A DNA stretch of 64,000 nt, counting the filler, from Sphacelaria rigidula (lineage: Eukaryota): the NCBI GenBank assembly GCA_964200075.2. It is 9 parts of 9 records of this genome, joined end to end, with 100 filler letters (N's around TTAATTAATTAA, not from the genome) between each part and the next. Parts side by side here need not be neighbours in the genome. Positions count along the whole stretch, not along the records: positions 7,125 to 14,147 come from CAXNAA020016904.1; positions 14,248 to 21,270 come from CAXNAA020016905.1; positions 21,371 to 28,393 come from CAXNAA020016906.1; 6 more parts are not named here. The stretch is one strand, 5' to 3'. A program made the translations under genes and the position numbers. Positions within the stretch are counted from its first letter, which is position 1, and each line of letters opens with the position of its first letter. Under the pieces are notes generated by a model that was given only the letters and a program-made list of their open reading frames with translations, was not told the origin of the DNA and ran no database searches. This document shows, one piece after another, positions 12,541 through 25,956 of this stretch.

Positions 12541-13384
12541 AACGACATCTCCGGTCTGTTCGTGCTTTTGGTCGGTGACATTTTTTGGGATCATTTTGGG
12601 GGGTCAGGCGCGCCCATAATTGTACTGCAGATGTGCGTTTCTAGCCTGCACTTCAGATGGCACTCACATTGCAGTAGTGTAAATGAAGTATAGTATGCAT
12701 GGAACTACACCGTACGGCAACTATGATATCGTAGCATATAACGTGCGTCGCACAGTACCCTAGCGTGAGCCAATTCAAAACAAGTGCAAGGTGTACTACG
12801 TTGAGCACAACATGACACCGTAATATATATAATCATGACGAGAAATAACGAGAAAGGGTAACGCCTGGCTCGTGTAATATTGAAAGTAAACTGCCGGACA
12901 TCGTCCTATCAACCGTGCATTCATGTCATGGGTGTTGACCTGTGTTGTCGTTCCTGGCGGTAGCTTATGGTGGATAGTATTACATATACGAACGATACGA
13001 CGCATAAGGCTCAAGATATAGGGAATCGAAAACGTTACAATACGAGGTGGGTCAAAGTCCTCTTCATAGTGTTTACGGCGATACTCGCAGGACCTGACAA
13101 GTTTGTTACTGTAGTTTCAGACGGTATCCGAGTGGCAGTAGTTGTGATTTCTAAAATAATCGGCGTACATCCCGGGCGTACTTCTATTGGACGAAACCGA
13201 CCGATCACAGCGGGTGCCTGCTTCGTATGAGCATTTAAGGAGATGCTGTATTTTCCGCAACCATTTGACGTTCGTGGACAACAAGGCGTTGAACCCAGGT
13301 ACGGGAAGGTTCACTTCCGAAACCATCAGTGCATGGTTGGTTGATCTGTATGATTGATTGTCACACAATGCACCGCAGAAAGTG

Positions 13385-13754
13385 GTGTGTGTGTGTATGT
13401 GTGTGTTGTGATCCCATCTTTTCTGGACGCCAGTCTACATCTTTCGGTATATTATGTGGATGCATCAGCCGGGGTCACACAGGAAGGAGGCCAACACAGG
13501 ATCCTTTTTTCTTTCTTTAGTTTTAGTACTCCATCTTCTTCTGCGGTGTGCGTGCCTTATTTATTATTGCGAAACGGTTTCAGCAGTCCCTTTCCCTTGT
13601 CGACCGTGAAGTAGAGTGTTTGTGTACCCACGATATAGTCGCTCACCACTGTTGGGCATGGTGTGAAAAAAATCCCAGATCGTGTGACTGCACCGAGATT
13701 CGAACCCACGACCCATCCGTCAGAAGGTTTCGAGGTCACCAACTGGGCCACAGG
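13385..13754 (-). mobile_element. tRNA-derived SINE
   Basis: Minus strand opens with Pol III box A (TGGCCCAGTTGG) and box B (GGTTCGAATC) and ends in (CA)n. Homologous to 61680-62066 and 55635-55896. A partial inverted copy lies at 13785-13890. Confidence 0.75.
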
Positions 13755-14247
13755 ATCGCGTAGTACTGAAACAAAATGAAACTAAAAGATCCTGTTTTGA
13801 TCTTCCTCCTGTGTGACCCCGGCCGACGCGCTCACATTTACCGAAACGTTTAGACTAGAGTCAAGAAAAGATGGGATGACAATACACACAATGGTTCATG
13901 CGCTACGAATCCAACCGCGGTCGCAAGATGGACGAACCCACCGGGAGTAGACGGAAAGACTCGCTAAGGACACTCGTGAAAGGGGGAAGACGAAAGAGAA
14001 AGGAGAACACAAACAGTGGAATGAAAAAGAGAGAAGAGAGAGGCAAAAGAACGAAAAACGCCACGTTAACCCTTTCGGGACTGAAGCTCACTAACACCAC
14101 GTTCACGACGTGTTAGTAAAATAATAATAAACAAATCTGGGAGCGACNNNNNNNNNNNNNNNNNNNNNNNNNNNNNNNNNNNNNNNNNNNNTTAATTAAT
14201 TAANNNNNNNNNNNNNNNNNNNNNNNNNNNNNNNNNNNNNNNNNNNN

Positions 14248-17200
14248 ACCTGGAAATAACATCCCGTCCACCCCCTTCTCTGGTGAGACATCTGACCCAC
14301 CGGCGGGTCATCCGCCGTGCGTTTTTGCTGTCAGCCCCGCTGATCCTGACCAGTTTACCTTGCCGGAACACGGTCCGGATCTTGTCGGCGGCATAAGGTC
14401 TGTCGGTCCGGCCACTTTTAGTACTCGCGTTGCGATCCATGCCGGTCCAAACGCTATCACGCCTAGGAAATGCGTATCCTTGTTGGACAGCGGCAGCCCG
14501 CAAACGTTTATTCGAGAATCAACATGGAAACACATGAAACAGACCGGCGCTGCTACTGCAGCTTGCGAAACCACCACCAAACCTCGCATGTGGGACGGTT
14601 TCGGTGACTCTGCCGCGCCACTGACGACCCGTAAATCCGAACGTCTCAGTGTGCAATTCTTTCGCAACACCACTCGATCTGCCAGCCTGGCAGTGTGGGC
14701 ATACGTTGTCCTCGACAGCACCATGCATCACGCCATATTATTGGGCAAAGATAGCTATATGCGGTTTAATAAACGCACCTACCGCACGCTTCCACCATTC
14801 ACGCCACATTCCCCGCCGCGTGATGAATTCAACCTCGAACACTTCGGTACTCTCCACGGCGCCCTGGCTTATCACAAGAATCCTCAAGCAACCGGAGCTG
14901 CTTACCACCTACGATATAACGGTAGTGTGGGTATAACACTCTCCGACGACCCGCAACTTCTTGAAGTTGCACTAGTTCGCCGAAATGGCATGCCAGCACT
15001 TACGGGCCATTATCTTGCCGAAATGTTACCCCGTATTGGCGCACCAGCCGACACAGAACATTTTGTGTCGGCGGGACAACAACTCCTCCCTCTTACGGGA
15101 CATGCTAACTTGGAACCCGGCGATGTTTTAGGAATCGCCGCTGCTCCCCTGATGCATATCCCCCTCGAGACGTGCGTCACAGAGCCTGCCGCACCAAACA
15201 CCACATCTCCGGCGGAGTCAGTACATTGTGCCGATGAACCTTATTTCGATCTCGCCTCTGCTACTCCACCCCAGGTCCACACCGTGGATCCTGCCCAGTC
15301 AAATTCCGATCATCTTGCTGAAGTGCTTCAACGCTTATCACCAGATTCTCGGAATAGCTTTTTGCACATGTGGGACCAATTGCCGCCACACATGCGCGAC
15401 ATCAATTTTGACCTTCATGGGCCCGGCTGGGAACCGGCAGTCATCCAAGAACTCAGTGATGTCCTGCTACAGTACCAAGACCGATTTTCCCGATCCAAGA
15501 CGGATCTTGGGCATTGCAAAACACTGCCCTTTGAGGTTACCCTCCAACCCGGTGTCTCGCCGATCTCTTCTCGGCCATACCGTACCAACCCAATCCTTAC
15601 CAAGAAAGTTAACGCCATCTTGGATGCGTATTTGGGAGCGGGACTAATACAACATTCCTCCTCTCCTTGGGCCTCGCCACTTGTAGTCGTCCCCAAAAAG
15701 GATGGAAACATACGCATCACCGTGAATTATCAACGGGGTAACCGCGTCACTGTCGTCGGTAAACTTCCCATTCCCCGCATTGATGAAGTCTTCGACTCCT
15801 CAGGCGAAGGCAAAATATTCAGCACCTTCGACCTCGCTTCTGGATTTTTTCAGCATGCTATACACCCTGACACAGTCCCACTGACGGCTTTTTGCACCTT
15901 GTCCGGACTCTATGAGTGGCTTCGCATGCCACAAGGCGCCGCCAATGCCCCGGGTTGCTTTCAACGCTTCATGCAACGCGTCACCGAGGGCCTCGAGCAC
16001 ATCATCATCATGTACTTGGATGACGCAATCGCTTTCGATGCCTCACCTATTGCACATATACGCACTTTACGAGAATTCCTCTCTCGTCTACGCACGCACG
16101 ATTTGAAATTATCTCCATCCAAAGCTCGCCCTGGTGCGACTGACTTGGATTTCTTGGGGCATTCCATTTGGCCAGCGGGCCTGCATCCGGGTACAAAAAA
16201 AATCAAGGCGATGACTGATTTGCCGATGCCAACTAAAAATTTCTCAACTCCGCTCATAGTTGGGTGGGCTATCCTACTACCGCAAATATTTGCCGAATTT
16301 ATCGAAACGGATTCGCCCCCTTACTGAGCTACTCAAGAAAGGAGCCGTGTTTTCTTCCACCACATCAATGGAGAATATAACCCGCGAATTACTCAAGACG
16401 CTAATCGAAAAGCCCGTTCTTTGCTTTCCTGATTGGGAGGCAGTACAAGATGGCTCCCACCTTTTCCAACTCCATACTGACGCCAGCACAAATGGTTTTG
16501 GAGGAGTTTTGAATCAACCTCAGGTTGATGGCTCTGTCCGACCCATTCTTTATATCAGTCGCTCTACTCTGCCCAACGAGGCCAATTGGAGCCCGCTAGA
16601 ACTGGAAGGCGGAGTAATCACTTGGTCCATTAAGCGCCTTCGACAATATCTGTTTCACGTGCCCTTCGAGATCTATACGGATCACGGAGCACTTGAACAA
16701 ACTCGCCAAGGTTGGTGAACACAACCATCGTGTACAACAATGGTTGAAGTTTCTAACAGCATACCAGTATACCATTAAGCATCGTCCAGGCAAAATCAGC
16801 GGGAACGCGGATCTTCTTTCCCGCCTACCTCTGCCGCCTACGGCCGCAGATTTCAGCCCGGCTTGCCGTTTAACGGAACCCGATGAACCTGGAATTTACG
16901 CGATCAGATGTTTTTCAACGCCCGTTTACGCCCTCGATCTCCAGTGCCCGGAAACCGGTATGCATATGGGAGGACCTAGCCCTCTACCATATGACGCCGT
17001 CTTGGGTGGGTTAAAGCCCACTACCTCCGATTTTGTCGACTTTCGCACTTTCGGTACTCGCGCGAAACTTTTTGCGGAGATACCTCCAGTCACCCACCTC
17101 ATCTCCGACAACACGCGCTCCCGGTCTGCCGCCCGCACCACACCGAGTGCCCCGCCGCCACCAACAACATCTTCAACCTCTATGAGCCACCCAGCACAAG

Positions 17201-19565
17201 TTCCACGGTCCAACACACAAAGCTCCGCGAAAACTTCTGCACCGTGCACCACGCGCCGCGAACAATCTTCGCCGCGCATTGATACAACCCCGCCGCCAAT
17301 AACGGCGCCGCAAACGTCTCCTACCTCCGAGCACGGAACTGACGACTCGTCTCCTGCTCCTGGGGTAGGTATTGACGTCGGCATTTTTCCCTCGTCGCCT
17401 ATTCCCCCGCCGTCTGCCCTACCATGTTTGGTCGGCTCGCCAGCGGAAGGACAACCAGGCGAGTTTCTCGCCAGCTACTCTCACCGCGATTGGGCTCGTG
17501 AACAAAACGCAGAACCGCTATGTCGCGCAGCCATCCGGTACTTACAACTTGACAGTCCAGTCCCTGTTCCGTCCACACTTCTGGCCCCGGTTGGAACACT
17601 GCCACCACCAGTTATCTCTGACGTATACGAGCTCGTGCGTAAAGGCACTCTTTTTACTACGGATGAAGGCGTGCAACTACTCGTACGTCGGCCCACGCCC
17701 TTGACAGGCGCAATTGCCGCCTCAACTACGGGACGCACCGCACGACTACTCAATGACGAACCAACGCGCATATATGTGCCATTATTAATGCGCCCCTGGG
17801 TCATGAAAGGCTGCCACACAGACTTGTCATGCCATCTTAGCGTCACCCGTACCCTCGCGCTCTTGAAACGCTCCTACTGGTGGGTCGGTATGGAAATTTC
17901 AACCGGATTCTGGATTCGACGATGCTTTAAATGCCAAGCCCGAAAAACTTCACGACAGACAGCACGCTGGCCCGTGATCTCTATGGGACTCCCCGACGAG
18001 CCCGGCCACCTTGTGTCCTTTGACAACTTCGGCCCTCTCCCGACCACAGATCGCGGCAACACCTACATCTTACTCTTCACTGGCCGCTTTAGCCGCCACG
18101 CGTCCATGTACGCGGTAACCGCCGCAGATTTCACTGCCGCCGGAACGGCCGACATGCTGGTCCATGATTACATTAGGCACTAAGGCTGCCCGAAGCGACT
18201 ACTTTCAGACAATGGTCAGCAATTTTGTTCAGATCTCTCTGATGAGCTTTACAAGCTCCTGGGCATCCGCAAAAATGCCACGAGCGCCTACCACCCGAAC
18301 GGTAACGGTGGTACCGAAAGAGTTAATCACACTATGGCCCAGATGCTCTCTATGGTTGTCAATGGCCGCCAAAATGATCTGGACCTACATCTCTCGCACA
18401 TCATGTTGTCCTATAACAACTCGGTTAATGCCGCCACAGGCCTTTCTCCGAACGAACTCCATCTTGGACGTTCACCCTCGTGCGCGAACAACACGCTATC
18501 AATATCTCGCGCCTAGAGAGATGTAGCACTGTTCTCTACAACCTAATGCACATACGCCCTAACTGGAAAGTTGGTGATTGGATTTGGATCTACAACGGCT
18601 TGTCAACCATCCGCCAAGGCACCAGCAAGGCAGCCAACGACACAATTTTGAAGACAAAATTGTCCCTCAATTGGACAGGACCATTCAAGATCCTGACAGT
18701 CGAACCATCGTCATCATCACCAGATGACAAACCCGTTGGTGACAAACTGCTCTATCTCGACTTGCCTCGCGACTTCCAGGGCAAGAACACCAAGCCCCGC
18801 GTCTCCGTGCACAGATGCAAACCCTGCACAAACCCGCATGATACAAGCGACATGCCCAAGTACCTGCCTCCCGGACTCACACAGTATGTTCTCAACAGCT
18901 ACTCGACCAAGTCCCCACCCTACCACGATACAACCGACGGCGTGACGGAACAGCCCCTCCGGTTGGCTGTGTCCTCCATTTCCGGCAACCGGATAACCCG
19001 TGGTCGAGGAGGCAAGATCGCTGTCATGTATAAGACACACTGGCACAGTCTTCGGAGAGCGTCTTGGGAACGCGAATCCGACCTTCAATTGCACCGTCGT
19101 GCAATTCTCCTTCACTAGACGCAATCCCAACATCAGCCTCTTGCTCACAACAAGAAATATCGCAACATGCGCCGTGGCGCAGCAGCCCGCGAACCTCACC
19201 GCAATCAGGGACTACGCTTTGTCGCCGATGGTTACGAACTTGTACCCTCCAAGACTTGTAAGACGAAGTTCTTCGCGAACCAGCGCCTACTTCCCGAGGG
19301 CAGCTTCCTTTGGTTCAAAGGCAGCGACAACCTCTGGTGGTTAGGTCAGACCCACTCCGCCAACCTGGTTTCGGCCGACACATACATCGTGCGCTTCATC
19401 GATGACCCTGGACCCATACAGCTCAAGCTTCGGCCAGCGCTATACACCACTAGCCCATCTGCACCACGCGGATCCTGGTGTCTCCAGCGCCTCAAGTTCA
19501 AAGGACTTCGCCGCGATCTCCAGCGCAACATCGACCACATCCACGACGTCCACCCCCCGTTTTGA
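14248..19565 (+). mobile_element. Ty3/Gypsy (chromovirus-like) LTR retrotransposon pol region, inactivated; gag and 5' LTR cut off by the contig start
   Basis: Protease LLDSGS; RT (PWASPLVVVPKKDG, FDLASGFFQ, MPQG, YLDD); RNase H (LHTDAS, LELE, TDH); integrase HHCC, FDNFGPLP, SDNGQQF, ERVN; WTGPFKI; chromodomain. Domain order PR-RT-RH-IN. Frameshifts near 16240, 16700 and 18490; in-frame stops at 18181 and 19116. Confidence 0.97.
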
Positions 19566-20175
19566 GCCACGCTTCTTTGTCGCGACTGTTGCCCCACCCC
19601 CATTTTCCCCCGTAAGCATTGTGTGCCCCCCCCCTTCTCTATCAGGATCCTCTTCTACGACACTACAACAGCGCGACCTACATCGGACGACGATCAAGAA
19701 CTACTCACACGACCGCTACCTACGACTACTGGAGCCATAGTATCCCCTTTATCTGGCGCTCGATCTCGTTGGATCAACGATTTTCAGCTTTTCGATCTTG
19801 CATTTTTTAGCACTTTAAAATTCCCCCAGGTTGAAGCTCTGCTCCCTGTTGTACCTCCCTGTTTTCCCCCTTAACTTTTGCTTGGACGCCGAAGCACTTT
19901 GTGCTTCTTCGTTGATCGCTAGCACGCCGAAGAATTTTGTGCTTCCGCGTTTCGGAGCAGTTTTTTCTGCTCCTCGAAGCAGTCTATGCTTCCCTTCTTT
20001 TGAGGTGTGGGAGTGGGTACAGGATTGTTGGTACGGGTGTGTTAGGTACGGGAGTGTTCCTTTAGGTATGCTTTATTAGCCACTTATGACTTGACGAGTA
20101 AAGAAAAGCGTTAGGTTTCGCTGCTTTGAGGATAAATCCTCGCAGCTGTAATAAAGTTTCGTCTGGGTGGGTTAG

Positions 20176-20430
20176 TGTCATGAAGATGCATACTAGCCTA
20201 TGTCATGCCGCTTCAGACCCGTTGTCGAAGTCTGGCTTCCGATAACATTGGGAATCCCAGTAGACAAAACTGCAGGTCTGTTCAGAGTTGGTCGGGTACG
20301 GATATGAGCTTGTATATTGGTAAAATATGGCGAGATAGGTCGGCTGGGACCGACATAGCTCGCCCATCCTTCGCACTATCAACTGCTCCTACATTGCCCT
20401 CCAGCAAAAGAAGTCTAACTATCGGTGACA
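20176..20430 (+). repeat. Candidate 3' LTR of the Gypsy element
   Basis: TGTCA...TGACA termini directly after the G-rich tract GGGTGGGTTAG. No second LTR is present in the contig to confirm it. Confidence 0.45.
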
Positions 20431-21200
20431 TGGATTGGATTGGATTGGATTGATTGAGTGGGTACTGGAGTTAGAATCAAGATAATCAAGAGAGAAGTGA
20501 AGGACCTATTTGCGTGAGAACTATTGTCCTGTACCGAGCCAAGCCTTGTGTAGGACCGCAAGCTGTGCCAGCTTGACTGTTGTCCACTTGCCTGCCAAGC
20601 TTGTGCCTTGGGCTCCAGCTTTGTCCTTGCATTATACTGCCGCTTGCTCATCATTACATGTTGCGTACGCGCAGGAAGAATGCAGCAGAGGCACGATGGC
20701 GGGAGCAGAAGCCAAGGTTGCCATTCACGTCAGAGTCCACCGAAATTCTGATTGCGACCAGTCAACCTGTACCGTGGATCATGGACAGGGCACAAAATCA
20801 ATTCCAAAGTACCAAGTCGTCTTTGGCGTGCATGAAGTTACTTCTTCATGTCGTTCCCATTTTTGCGGAACTTGAGTTCGGGTAGGCCAGGGAAGAAGGT
20901 GTTTGAAGCCACAAAACCCATCGCTGACAGGGAGTATGCTTCGTCGCGGACACAGACTGAACGCTATACTGTACTGGAGTGGTGCGACGGTATGGATGCA
21001 CCAAAAACTTTCGAAGTTGGAATTGTCCGGAGGCCTGAATCTCATCCAAGGAACCACTCATGAAATATGTGAGAGCGCTCCACGATCACCATCCCAGTGG
21101 GCTAGAGATATCCCGAACGACGTTCGAAAGGAACATGTTTTGACCGTGAATCTCGTGTAGTCACAAGCTCTTGGGAGCCCTCAGTGACGAATGTCACGAA

Positions 21201-21270
21201 GAGCAATGCTACGGTAGGGGTGCACTTTTTTCGCGAAATTTTGTCTGGTTCAGGGGCTCCTAACGATTCT
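21201..21270 (+). mobile_element. Sola-like MITE left end (truncated by contig end)
   Basis: Starts with the TIR GAGCAATGCTACGGTAGGGGTGCAC. Confidence 0.7.
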
Positions 21271-22844
21271 NNNNNNNNNNNNNNNNNNNNNNNNNNNNNN
21301 NNNNNNNNNNNNNNTTAATTAATTAANNNNNNNNNNNNNNNNNNNNNNNNNNNNNNNNNNNNNNNNNNNNGGGGCGTACTCATTTGTTGCTTGCCTTAGT
21401 CATTTGACCATTGACCACGCATCCCTTTCGAGACGGAGCATAGGGGGGGGTCGAAGTTCGAGGGCTCGGTGGGAGAATGAGTGAGAATCATCACATGTTT
21501 GCTGTACAAAACAGAAGCACCACACGATAGCAAAACATCCAAGAAATATATGAAACATATATGGGTAAGTAAGATCACCTCTAACCTCGGAAAACGAAGC
21601 GGGGTAATTCACCCGACTCTGAAAACAGTACACTTCACAAACCCCTTCAGCTCCACGTCACCCTGCGACGTTTTTCGTCTCTGAAAACTTGATGAGATAG
21701 TGCAATATTTTCCCATCACCGTTCACCTTCGACGAGGGCGAGATTCGACCTTCGACCCAAGCTGTCAGCGCCTCAAAGTGTGCGCGTAATAGGCAACGCG
21801 CGGAGTTCTGATCGTGGCTCTGGCACTTTGATTCTGAAAAACGGAAATTTGATTCTTTACACGCATACTCGATGAACACCGGAGACACCAGAACTCAAAA
21901 AGAGCGTCACTGTTAGAGATGCTAATCGGGGACAAAATATACAGGAATTTCTTGCAAAGAGTGTCATGGATCTTCCTGACGGAAAATCGCACAAGCCATT
22001 AAGATGGGAATGATCCGCCCAGTCGATCGGCGAAGAAGCGAATTGGCCGCCCGGTCAGTTGGGAAAAGAAGCGCAGAAGACCATCTGCACTCATGACACC
22101 CACACGTCCCTGCTGCATTGCATCGCCGGTACGGTCTGTTCATCGTTTATTTTCACGTCAAAACTGTGACAATGCAACGCAGATGACCCGCTCTGAGGGT
22201 GCCAGTCTGTATAGGTCGAGACAAAGTCGATCGGAAACGCACAGTAAAGTACTGCAGTGCAATGCTTGACATTACAGTACAGTGTTATATTCTTTCTCCC
22301 ACCCGTTGCGTTCGTTCCGTTTGTCTTTGGGTATGACCAAGGATCAGACGACACGAAACTCACCGACACCACCATCCTTTCCTGCCTTCAGATGCAAAAA
22401 ATGTGCTTGGGCTGCGGTGGGGGTTCATTTTTGAAGCAAATAGTTCTCCCACACAAACACAACTGACCCATCATGCGGTGGCTGCTGTCTGTGTAAATAG
22501 ACAAAGCCGAAGTGCACCGTACAACACAGTACAATCAGTACAGTACAGCGCCGTACAGGACAATGCTATCTTCTCTGTGAACCCCGCCGCATTCCTCCCT
22601 TCTTCTGTGCGTATCGTGGAGTATCGGATTACTCCTTAGAAGATCGTCACGGGAGATGGTCGCCTCTTTCTATAAATAACCGGCTCTAAAGTTGAACTCT
22701 CTGGACCCCGTTTAGGTCATCTGGGTTTTGCAGTCATTTTTCAAGTACTCTACACGGCACGTTTCAGAAACGTGAGTGAACGTCCCATCCAGTGCACGAT
22801 AGACCCGCATCAGTAGATATCAACACGTGAACAGTGTGGTCCAA

Positions 22845-23475
22845 GTCTGAAGCCACCAAGGAGCTCCGATAAATTGTCGCCTTGACGGAATTACCACCCC
22901 ACGTGTTTGCGTTGCGTTCTAAAAGAATTAGAAGCGCTACATGTCGCGCGCCAGGCCAGTCAGAGTAAGGGGGGATGCGCTTGGAAGAAGAATTCTACCT
23001 TACGTTCGTAACCATGGCATGGATGAACACTGGGTTTCCGAAACCTTCGCGCAACCTCGACATGCCGTAAGACAACCGGGCCAAGGAACTCAATGGGGAA
23101 GTATATTATGTGTGCTTCAATGGTATATTCGGAGAGCGTTCAATCGTCGTCATAGTGCGGGAAAAAGACTTTTGTTATCAGTCTTCGTTTCAAACGGAGG
23201 GCAGGCAAGCCCACGTGGCCGGCTTGGTGCTGCATGCTCTTGCAAATTCCGCTGCGTTTCCATACGTCTTTTGTGTCACGTTGGTATCGGTGTCAAGTCT
23301 CAGGCCCGCCGAGGGGGGCGCTCCGACAAATTGTAGCCTTCGCGGGATTACCACCCCACGACTTTGCGTTGCATTTTCTAAGAATTAGGGGAGCCACATG
23401 TTTGCGGCAGGCCGTGCATCGCCTAACGTATTGCAGAGTGAAGAGGGATGCGCTAGGAAGCAGAGTTTCCTTCAG
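22845..23475. repeat. Diverged local direct duplication, offset about 460 bp
   Basis: GCTCCGA(T/C)AAATTGT..CCTT..CGG.ATTACCACCCCACG..TTTGCGTTGC...GGGATGCGCT.GGAAG occurs at about 22863 and 23320. Confidence 0.6.
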
Positions 23476-23804
23476 GCTAGAGTTTTCTTCAGACCATATA
23501 TGGCTGTATACATGCAACACATTCACGTTGAGGCGGTAACTCGATCAGTTTTCCTTACAGCGTAGGCGTCAGATCAGTGAGAGCGTAAGCAACAACAAAA
23601 AAAAGCAGCTTACCGCGCGGCGCTTTTTTTCTCAGGCCTTTCTTCGTTTCTTAGCTTCTATTTCTAGGAGTTCGACGAACTTTGAAGTCGCAGTTTTTTC
23701 TTTTCTTTGTCTCTTTCTCCGTGAATTCAACAGCTGCCGCGGTTCGGTAAATTTTGGAGCTAAATTTTATTATCTCTGTCCTGGCCGTCTATTTTAGCGT
23801 CGCA

Positions 23805-24006
23805 GGCCGTGTGTTATCAAATTGTTTTTGACTCGAAAACGTACGGTGGAATCAAATTTGCTCGTACCTGATACTTCCACGGCATTCATGTTCTCAACCA
23901 TCTCAGAAAATTAGTAGCGTGGACGAATCAGAANNNNNNNNNNAGACGAGCGAATTCGATTCGACCGCACGTTTTCGACACCAAAACAATTTGATAACAC
24001 ACGGCC
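23805..24006. mobile_element. Fold-back/MITE (long inverted repeat spanning a 10-N gap)
   Basis: GGCCGTGTGTTATCAAATTGTTTT ... AAAACAATTTGATAACACACGGCC. Confidence 0.7.
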
Positions 24007-24688
24007 ACAGTCTTCCGTTTGAAAGGAAACAAAAATGCGCGCCAAATGGGTCAAACATTAGGCCCTTGCCGGATCTTCCATCTTTTACTCATCACGTATA
24101 ACACAGTTCCATAACCGATAGAGATATGCAATATTTGGTTCAACCTCTTGGTAGTAGGCATCGCCTGTACCACCTCCCAATTTAAATTACTTCCTTTCCA
24201 CGCCTATCGTGGAGGACGGGGCCGCCGATAGGCGGCCCCGTCCGATCCTTGTACACACATGAAACCAACCTTTTATCTGTTTTTTTTGTTTTTCGTGTTT
24301 CGTGTCTCCCTTTTTTTTTTGCTCTTTTTTTTTCCCTTTCTTGTTTTGTTCCATTATCGTCCGAATGTGGTCTTTCAACATGGACGAATAATTCCTTCCG
24401 AGTGTTTCCGTTTTTTTCTTTTTCCTCCACTCTTTCGTTGGGTATGTACGTCTACTTTGTGACCACGATTGGTGGCTCTGGGGATCGGTTCATGACCGAC
24501 AATCAATCCATCCATCAATCAATCGATCAATCAATCGATCAATCAAAGCATGGGTTGATCGGTTGATGAACAATTCGGTCATCTTCCATTTTTCATACCT
24601 ATGTATATCGGTAAGTACTTCATCTATGTGTTTATATGTATTTAACCTCGAAATTGAATCAAATCAAATCAAATTAAATCAAATTCAG

Positions 24689-24890
24689 CATGGTGACGGG
24701 AGCGGCAACAGTGGCGTCCGGCGTGGACTACCTGCTGGAGTCCGGCCTCAAGCCATCGAGCCGCATCGGCCGACGGCTGATGATGGAGAGGATGCGGGTG
24801 CGGACGCGCTACCGCCGTGAAGAGGCGGCCATGCAAGAGAGAATGAGGGCTAGGAGGGAGCGTCGTTGGGCCAACAGTAACACCCACCGG
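24689..24890 (+). CDS. Internal exon of an unidentified host gene (MVTGAATVASGVDYLLESGLKPSSRIGRRL...RWANSNTHR)
   Basis: CAG acceptor, GTATGT donor, GC-rich open frame set in AT-rich intron-like flanks. Confidence 0.65.
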
Positions 24891-25956
24891 GTATGTAATG
24901 TTTTTCCTTGCTCTCTTTGTTGTTCTCACTCTAAACCCCTCTTCGTCCTCCGGATGAGTCCATGGTCTCGAAGGGATCAACCCATCTCTCCCCCGGTACA
25001 CTCCTTGCAATCTGGGTGTCTATCGCGGATTAGATTGGTCCAGCATTACTTCCGCACCGCGTTAACTGTCGTCTCATAAACTCAACCTCAAATCCAACCA
25101 GACTTTATTTTTGTTTGCTACTCTGTACCTTATGCTTTCAACGACGGAGAAGCAGATACTTTTGTGAGAAAAACCCCCCTAATCTATCGTAGACATTTGG
25201 TATGTATCGCGCGAATTGGATTGAACCTGCACTACCTCCGCATCGCCTTCAACTGTCGTCTCACAAACTCAACCTCAAGTCAACCAGACTCGTTTCTCAG
25301 ATACTTCTGTGAGAAAAAAAAAGTCAGACTATTTGTAGACGCATCCGGCCCGCGCTTTACCTCCGCCCAAGTGGTTCAGTTTTTTTTCCTCTTGTGACTG
25401 AAGGAAGGAGGAAGCCTGACCTAACACTTATCCCGCAAGGAGATTGGTGTGCCGATCACCCGGAGGCTCGGTTAGACTTCCTCACGGCAGTCATGTGGGG
25501 TAGGCGCCTCGAGTATTCGTAAGCTTTGCTCAAGGCAGTATGGGGGTCCGACCCACTAAAACCCCTTATCAACTTGGCGCAGCGCACGCGCCGCCCTACT
25601 CTTGTAAGTTTCGGCCCTAGGTGGTGTCCGTTGTACTCGCCATTAGAGCACAAGGACGCGGCGTGTTGTATGTGTGTGTGTTTTTTTTGCTGTTGGGAAA
25701 CAAATGTTTGGTCACCACGGCTGGGTTCGTAGCAGATCCTTTGAATGTATCCGTGGGCGTGACGACTGTTCTTTGCTTGTTGTAGGAGAGTGCGATTGTC
25801 TCACGACCTCGTTACGAACGGACGATAAGTCAAGTTTCTTTCTGTGAGAGATATGGCGTCGAGCTTTAGCCTGCACCATATGGGTCGCAGACAGAACCTG
25901 AACGGACGTGACCGTGCAGCCCGGCGTCATTCCACCGGACTTGCTGAGGGAGGGCG

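Noticed and set aside
13670-13754. tRNA-like box A/B sequence
   Set aside because: No proper cloverleaf; it is the head of a multi-copy SINE.
14148-14400. Viral fossil apparently adjacent to a Gypsy element, suggesting retrotransposon-mediated capture
   Set aside because: They are separated by an artificial linker and lie on different contigs.
20848-21063. YTVLEWCDGM resembles motif I of a C5 DNA methyltransferase
   Set aside because: Single weak motif with no PC, ENV or QxRxR motifs following.
24935-25015. GATGAGTCC..GG repeat family (also about 345-400, 47240-47320, 57955-58040) reminiscent of hammerhead stem II
   Set aside because: Lacks the CTGANGA and GAAA core in all copies; treated as an ordinary dispersed repeat.
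25420-25630. TCCTCAC loop-like motif suggesting an HDV-like ribozyme
   Set aside because: Could not build P1 and P2 pairings from the sequence.
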